DNA from: an uncultured Solirubrobacterales bacterium
Lineage (GTDB): Bacteria > Actinomycetota > Thermoleophilia > Solirubrobacterales > Solirubrobacteraceae
Length of the DNA stretch: 64,000 nucleotides
Direction of reading: 5' to 3'
Assembly: GCA_963791485.1 (NCBI GenBank)
Contig: CAWBSO010000005.1
Location: 324,741 to 388,740 of the forward strand
Shown here: positions 59,391 to 64,000 of the stretch, piece by piece
Position numbering within the stretch: position 1 is the stretch's first letter
How the letters are laid out: each line of letters starts with the position of its first letter
The notes under the pieces: generated by a model
The model's input: the letters and a program-made list of their open reading frames with translations, nothing else
Told to the model about the DNA's origin: nothing
The model's database searches: none
Program-made: the position numbers and the translations under genes

Positions 59391-60701
59391 TCAACCCCGC
59401 CGCCCCGACCCCCGCGGCACGCGCCCGGCGCCGGCGCCGACCTCCGAGGCGGGGCCGCCGGTGTGAGCGATGCCGAGCACACGCATCGCCTTCAGTCCGA
59501 GCGAGAGCTTCTCGCGGCCGTCGCTGGAGCCGACGTCCAGCCCGGAGAGCTCGCGCACGCGCTCCAGGCGGTAGTAGATCGTGTGGCGGTGGGTGAACAA
59601 GCGCTGGGCGGTGCCCGCGACGTTGCCGTCGGCGTCGAGGAACGTCTCCAGCGTGCGCACCAGCTCGGTCTCGTACTGCTCGTCGTAGGCGACCAGCGGC
59701 TCGACCGTCTCGGCGTAGAAGCGCTGCAGCTCGCGGGGGTTGTCGCTCATCGTGGAGAGCAGCAGCCGGTAGGCGCCGGTCTGCTCGAACGCCAGCGCGG
59801 GGTGGGCGGGATCGAATCCCCCGCCCTCGGCGACGTTGGCGGCGAGCAGCGCCTCGCTGGCGGCGCGCGGCAGGTCGGAGGGGTCCTCGGCGATGCGGCT
59901 GCGGCCGACCGCGAAGGTGCAGCCGGGCAGCCCGGCCTGCAGCTCGCGCAGCACCGAATCGGCGGCGCGCGCGGCGACCGCCTCCTCGCCGCCGGGCACC
60001 AACAGCAGCACTTCCGCACCGGCCGCGCCGCCGCCCACGCCGACCCAGCCCTCCGGGCCCGGCGCCCTGCCGCGCGCCGCGGGAGTGCCACCGGCGGGGC
60101 GCGGCGACGCGCCTCCCTCGCGCTCGGTGAGAGCCGCGATCGAGCGACTCACCACGGCGCGGGCGCCACGCTCGGCGACCGCCCGCACGCGCGAGCGCCA
60201 GCCATCCTCGGTCGGCGCCTGGGGGTGGGCGCGGGCGACGATCATGCTGGCGCCGTCCTGGAGCTCGAGCGACAGCTCACGTGCGCGCGCCAGCAGCTCC
60301 TCGCTGTTGCTGAGCTCACGGGCGAGGATCGCACGCAGGAAGTCGGCGGCCGCGTTCTCGGAGGCACGGCCGGGCGCACGCACGCGCTCGACCTCGGAGG
60401 CGATCATTGTGACCAGCAGCCGCCGCATCGAGGCGGAGGGCTCGGTGCGGGCACGCACGTGCAGCGACCCCACCACCGCGTCGGCGACCCGCAGCGGGAT
60501 GCTGCTCACGCCGTCGCCGCCCGCCAGCAGCGAACGCTCCTCCGCGGGCGAGCGGGCTGCCACCGCCAGCGTCCCACCCTGCGCATCGGTGACGGCGAGG
60601 CTGGCGTCGAGCGCGCGCGCGGCGGCGCGCACCACCTCGGGCAGCCCGGCGCCCGACTCGACTGCCTCGGTGACGGCATCGAGAGCGGAGAGCTCGGCCA
60701 C
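59391..60701 (-). CDS. PucR/CdaR-family transcriptional regulator
   Basis: ELVRTLETFLDADGNVAGTAQRLFTHRHTIYYRLERV. Confidence 0.9.
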   Translation of the reverse strand: MAELSALDAVTEAVESGAGLPEVVRAAARALDASLAVTDAQGGTLAVAARSPAEERSLLAGGDGVSSIPLRVADAVVGSLHVRARTEPSASMRRLLVTMIASEVERVRAPGRASENAAADFLRAILARELSNSEELLARARELSLELQDGASMIVARAHPQAPTEDGWRSRVRAVAERGARAVVSRSIAALTEREGGASPRPAGGTPAARGRAPGPEGWVGVGGGAAGAEVLLLVPGGEEAVAARAADSVLRELQAGLPGCTFAVGRSRIAEDPSDLPRAASEALLAANVAEGGGFDPAHPALAFEQTGAYRLLLSTMSDNPRELQRFYAETVEPLVAYDEQYETELVRTLETFLDADGNVAGTAQRLFTHRHTIYYRLERVRELSGLDVGSSDGREKLSLGLKAMRVLGIAHTGGPASEVGAGAGRVPRGSGRRG

Positions 60702-60704
60702 GGG

Positions 60705-60917
60705 CTAGACCCAGAAGTAGACGACGGCAAGCCCGCCGGCCACGCCGATGCCGACGAGCACCGCGAGCACATACAGCGAGAGCACGCTCGCCGCCACGCG
60801 CTCCCAGATGCGCGAGTACGCCGACCAGGCGGGGGCGAGGATCAGACCGACAAACAGCGCCAGGCTAAACACCGCCGCGCAGGCGGCCACCAGATAGGTG
60901 ACATCGGTTTCGGTCAT
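60705..60917 (-). CDS. Small two-TM membrane protein
   Basis: 70 aa, hydrophobic, fills the gap in the operon. Confidence 0.65.
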   Translation of the reverse strand: MTETDVTYLVAACAAVFSLALFVGLILAPAWSAYSRIWERVAASVLSLYVLAVLVGIGVAGGLAVVYFWV

Positions 60918-60924
60918 CGGGCTT

Positions 60925-61857
60925 CTAATTGTTACCTACTGGGAGGCTGCCCGCCACGACCGCCTCCGCGGCGAGCGGCGCGGGCACGCGCTCGGCCAAC
61001 GCGCGGGTGGCCGCGCGGGCACGGGCGGGCCCGCGGGACCCGGCGAAGAGCCCCAGCACGGTGGGGCCGGACCCGCTCACAAGCGCCGCATCGGCGCCTG
61101 ACTCGCGGGCTTCCAGCAGGGCGGCGTCGATCTCTGGGCAGAGCGCGCGGGCGGCACCTTCGAGGTCGTTGTGCAGAAGCTCCGCAGGCGGTAGGGGGGA
61201 GCCGTCGGCGAGCGCGTCGGCGAGCGCGCGGTGGGCATCCTTGAGCTCCGCCCGCTCCCGCGCGAGACCCATGCGATCAGCCTGTGCATATACAGCGGCG
61301 GTGGAGAGGGGTTGGGCGATCGGCAGCACGAGCACCCCCAGCGGGACAACGGGATCGGGCAGCGCTTGCAACAGCTCCCCGGCCCCGCGGGCCAGCCATC
61401 GCCCGGGCTGCACCTGCGCGGGCACGTCGGCGCCGAGCGTGCGGGCAAGCTCTTCCAGCAGCTCACCGTCACCCAGCCCTGAGGCGGCGGCGGCGAGGCG
61501 CAGGGCGGCGGCGGCGTCGCCCGAGCCACCGCCCAAGCCGGCGGCGACCGGCGTGCGCTTGACGATGTGGAGCTGCAGCGGCGGAGCATCCCAGCCGGTG
61601 GCGGCCCGAAACGCGGCGAGCGCGGCGGCGGCGAGGTTCTCCGCGGGCGGGGGGGGCGGGTCCCCCAAACCCGGACACACCACGACGTCGCCGCTCGCGC
61701 CGGGGTCGGGGGCGGCCTGCAGTGTGAGCTCGTCCGCGAGCGAAATCGACTGCATCACGGTCGTCAGCTCGTGGCGGCCGTCCGCGCGGGTGGGGCCGAG
61801 GAACAGACCGAGGTTGATCTTCGCGGGAGCGAGGGCATGGAGCGGCAGAGGATTCAT
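60925..61857 (-). CDS. ispE: 4-diphosphocytidyl-2-C-methyl-D-erythritol kinase
   Basis: APAKINL, PVAAGLGGGSGDAAA, NDLE, VSGSGPT. Confidence 0.96.
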   Translation of the reverse strand: MNPLPLHALAPAKINLGLFLGPTRADGRHELTTVMQSISLADELTLQAAPDPGASGDVVVCPGLGDPPPPPAENLAAAALAAFRAATGWDAPPLQLHIVKRTPVAAGLGGGSGDAAAALRLAAAASGLGDGELLEELARTLGADVPAQVQPGRWLARGAGELLQALPDPVVPLGVLVLPIAQPLSTAAVYAQADRMGLARERAELKDAHRALADALADGSPLPPAELLHNDLEGAARALCPEIDAALLEARESGADAALVSGSGPTVLGLFAGSRGPARARAATRALAERVPAPLAAEAVVAGSLPVGNN

Positions 61858-62684
61858 GCTCCGAGGATGCTTCCCAGCACGCCGAACTGCTCGGGGGAGA
61901 GCCGCTCGGCGCGCACATCCAATGGGAGTCCCATGCTCGCGAGTGCCGCGCGCACCTGCTCGCGCTCTGCCACCCCGGCCAACGCCAGCGAGCGCGCGAG
62001 CGCCTTGCGACGGTGGGCGAAGGCACCGGCGACGAGCGTACGCAGTGCATGCGTGGCAGCAGGCCCGGTACGTGTCAGCTCGACCAGCACGGAGTCCACG
62101 TTGGGCACGGGGTGAAAGACAGTGCGGGGAATCGCCCGCGCGACGCGCACGCGGCAGGCAAGCTGGGCGAGCACCGAGGGCACCCCATAGTCACGGCCCC
62201 CCGGAGCGGCGGCCAGCCGCTCGCCGACCTCGCGCTGCACCATCGCCACCCAGTGGGCGACCGTGGGCAGCTCCTCGATCGTGCGTAGCAGCGCGGTGGC
62301 GGCCACACCGTAGGGCAGGTTGGCGATCACCTTCGTGGGAGCGGGTCGCATCCTGGCGAGGTCCACCGTCAGCGCGTCGCCCCAGTGGAGCGTGACACTG
62401 GCGAAGCGCGCTACGGCGTCATCCAGCGCGTCGCGCAGACGCTCGTCGATCTCGACCACGTGCACATGCGCGGCGCGCTCAGCGAGGTACTCGGAGAGCA
62501 CCCCCACGCCGCCGCCGATCTCGAGCACGACGTCTGCGTCGGAGAGCTCCGCGAGGCGCCCGATCACCCCGAGGATGTTGGAGTCGATCAGGAAGTTTTG
62601 CCCGAGCTCGCGGTCGGGGCGCACGTCGAACTGGCGCAGCCGGCGCAGCGTGGGCTGGGTCGGGAGGGTGGGGTCGTCCACCAT
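61854..62684 (-). CDS. rsmA: 16S rRNA dimethyltransferase
   Basis: LGQNFLID, VLEIGGG, ANLPY, MVQREV, F.PVPNVDS. Confidence 0.96.
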   Translation of the reverse strand: MVDDPTLPTQPTLRRLRQFDVRPDRELGQNFLIDSNILGVIGRLAELSDADVVLEIGGGVGVLSEYLAERAAHVHVVEIDERLRDALDDAVARFASVTLHWGDALTVDLARMRPAPTKVIANLPYGVAATALLRTIEELPTVAHWVAMVQREVGERLAAAPGGRDYGVPSVLAQLACRVRVARAIPRTVFHPVPNVDSVLVELTRTGPAATHALRTLVAGAFAHRRKALARSLALAGVAEREQVRAALASMGLPLDVRAERLSPEQFGVLGSILGA

Positions 62685-62692
62685 TGTGCCAC

Positions 62693-63442
62693 TCACCATC
62701 CGAACACGCGCGCAGCGGTGCCTCGCACGGCCGCTCCCAGCTCGTCCACCGACACACCCCGCAGCTCGGCAAGGAAGGCGGCGGTGTGGGCTACGAACGC
62801 GGGCTGGTTGGGGTGCTTGCGCACCGCCTGCGGCGTGAGGTAGGGGGCGTCGGTCTCGATCAGCAGACGCTCGTCGGGTACCCGCCGCGCGGCAGCGGCG
62901 AGCTCGGCGGCGTTTTTATACGTCACGTTGCCGGCGAATGAGATCGCGTAGCCGCGCTCCAGGCACTCGTCCAGGTGGGCGGGCATCGAGAAGCAGTGCA
63001 TCACCACGCTCACCCCCTGCGCCTGCGCGGCGAGCTGATCGAGTGTGTCGAGCTCGGCGGCGCGCGTGTGAATCACAAGCGGCTTGCCCAGCTCCCGCGC
63101 GAGCTCGATCTGCGCGGCGAACGCGCGCTGCTGGTCGGCGCGGGGGGCGTAGTCGCGGTAGAAGTCGAGCCCGGTCTCCCCGATCGCCAGGCAGCGGGGG
63201 TGGGCGGCGAGCGCACGCAGCTCCTCCAGGGCGGTGTCATCGAAGCCGGTCGCGTAGTTGGGGTGGCGTCCGACCGCCGCATACACCTGGGGGAACGCCT
63301 CCGCCGCCGCCAGCGCCGCGCGGCAGGAGTCGCTGCCCGTGCCGACGGTGAGGATGCGCGTCACCCCCGCCTGCTCCGCCGCGGCCACCAGCTCCGGGTT
63401 GGGGGGCTCGCAGAGGTCCAGGTGGGTATGGCTGTCGATCAT
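62693..63442 (-). CDS. tatD: TatD-family DNase
   Basis: MIDSHTHLD, IGETGLD, IHTR, HCFS, ETDAPYL. Confidence 0.95.
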   Translation of the reverse strand: MIDSHTHLDLCEPPNPELVAAAEQAGVTRILTVGTGSDSCRAALAAAEAFPQVYAAVGRHPNYATGFDDTALEELRALAAHPRCLAIGETGLDFYRDYAPRADQQRAFAAQIELARELGKPLVIHTRAAELDTLDQLAAQAQGVSVVMHCFSMPAHLDECLERGYAISFAGNVTYKNAAELAAAARRVPDERLLIETDAPYLTPQAVRKHPNQPAFVAHTAAFLAELRGVSVDELGAAVRGTAARVFGW

Positions 63443-63509
63443 CGTGTGAGATGTCCGCGTGTCTTCTTTTTTGGGATGGGGGGTGGGGTGGCGTTGCGGG
63501 GTGACGGGC

Positions 63510-64000
63510 TCACGGCTTGGGAAAGAGCGGTTCGAGCTCGCCGACGGGAGCCGCGGGGGTGGAGCCCGTGCCGAGGCGGGCGGCGGCGAGCGTGCGGTCC
63601 TCGGCGCCCAGTGCGTCCAGCAGTTTTTCGGTGCTCGCCGGCAGGTAGGGGACGAGCAGCAGGCTAACCACGCGCACTCCCTCGGCAAGCGAAGTGAGAA
63701 CCCCATCCAAATCCCCCTGCTTCTCCTCGTCTTTCGCGAGCGTCCACGGCGCGCGCTCCTCGACGTAGCGGTTCAGGCGCCGCACCCGCCGCCAGATCGC
63801 ATCCAGCGCCTGCGTGAGCTCGGCGCGGTCGAGCAGCTCGCACACCTCATCGGCGAGGCCCTCGAAGTCGCCGGCCAGCTCGGGGTCGATCGGCGCCGCG
63901 GGCAGTACCCCGTCGCGGTAGCGACGCACCATCGCCAGCGTGCGGCTGGCGAGGTTGCCGTACTCGTTGGCGAGCTCGCTCTCGTAGCGCTGCTCGAAGG
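63510..64000 (-). CDS. metG: Methionyl-tRNA synthetase, C-terminal anticodon-binding part (5' end outside window)
   Basis: RYESELANEYGNLASRTLAM...NRYVEERAPW...LFPK; metG-tatD-rsmA-ispE synteny. Confidence 0.9.
   Translation of the reverse strand, partial: FEQRYESELANEYGNLASRTLAMVRRYRDGVLPAAPIDPELAGDFEGLADEVCELLDRAELTQALDAIWRRVRRLNRYVEERAPWTLAKDEEKQGDLDGVLTSLAEGVRVVSLLLVPYLPASTEKLLDALGAEDRTLAAARLGTGSTPAAPVGELEPLFPKP

Overview
High-GC actinobacterial DNA. The gene set and style suggest Thermoleophilia/Solirubrobacterales; this is inferred, not searched. 1-1561 holds the 3' end of an IS110-family element and an MNT-HEPN toxin-antitoxin pair. About 1567-30903 is a ~29.3 kb integrative conjugative element (ICE) inserted into the 3' end of initiator tRNA-Met by a large serine recombinase whose ORF runs across the att site. 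Its cargo comprises a leftward putative defence operon (DUF1883, an EACC1-like membrane protein, a prohead-protease-like Zn protein, a 2-TM protein), three odd regulators (pseudo-receiver OmpR, tandem wHTH, alphaCTD-sigma4-AraC chimera), a MORC/GHKL-nuclease plus methyltransferase module, and an ECF-sigma/anti-sigma fusion module with a repeated promoter-like motif. These are followed by a Gram-positive T4SS (TcpE, frameshifted VirB4, VirB6-like, SLT-CHAP, VirD4-like, Replic_Relax relaxase) and two more methyltransferase genes. 30969-64000 is mostly core chromosome (ppx, ThDP enzyme, ECF sigma, R2lox-like, csrA, divIC, eno, prsA, mfd, pth, rplY, prs, glmU, tRNA-Gln, ispE, rsmA, tatD, partial metG). 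It also contains a decayed ~5 kb islet at tRNA-Leu(TAA) and a candidate sRNA at ~32381-32568. No CRISPR array was seen. All family assignments come from motif recognition by eye; no database search was run.
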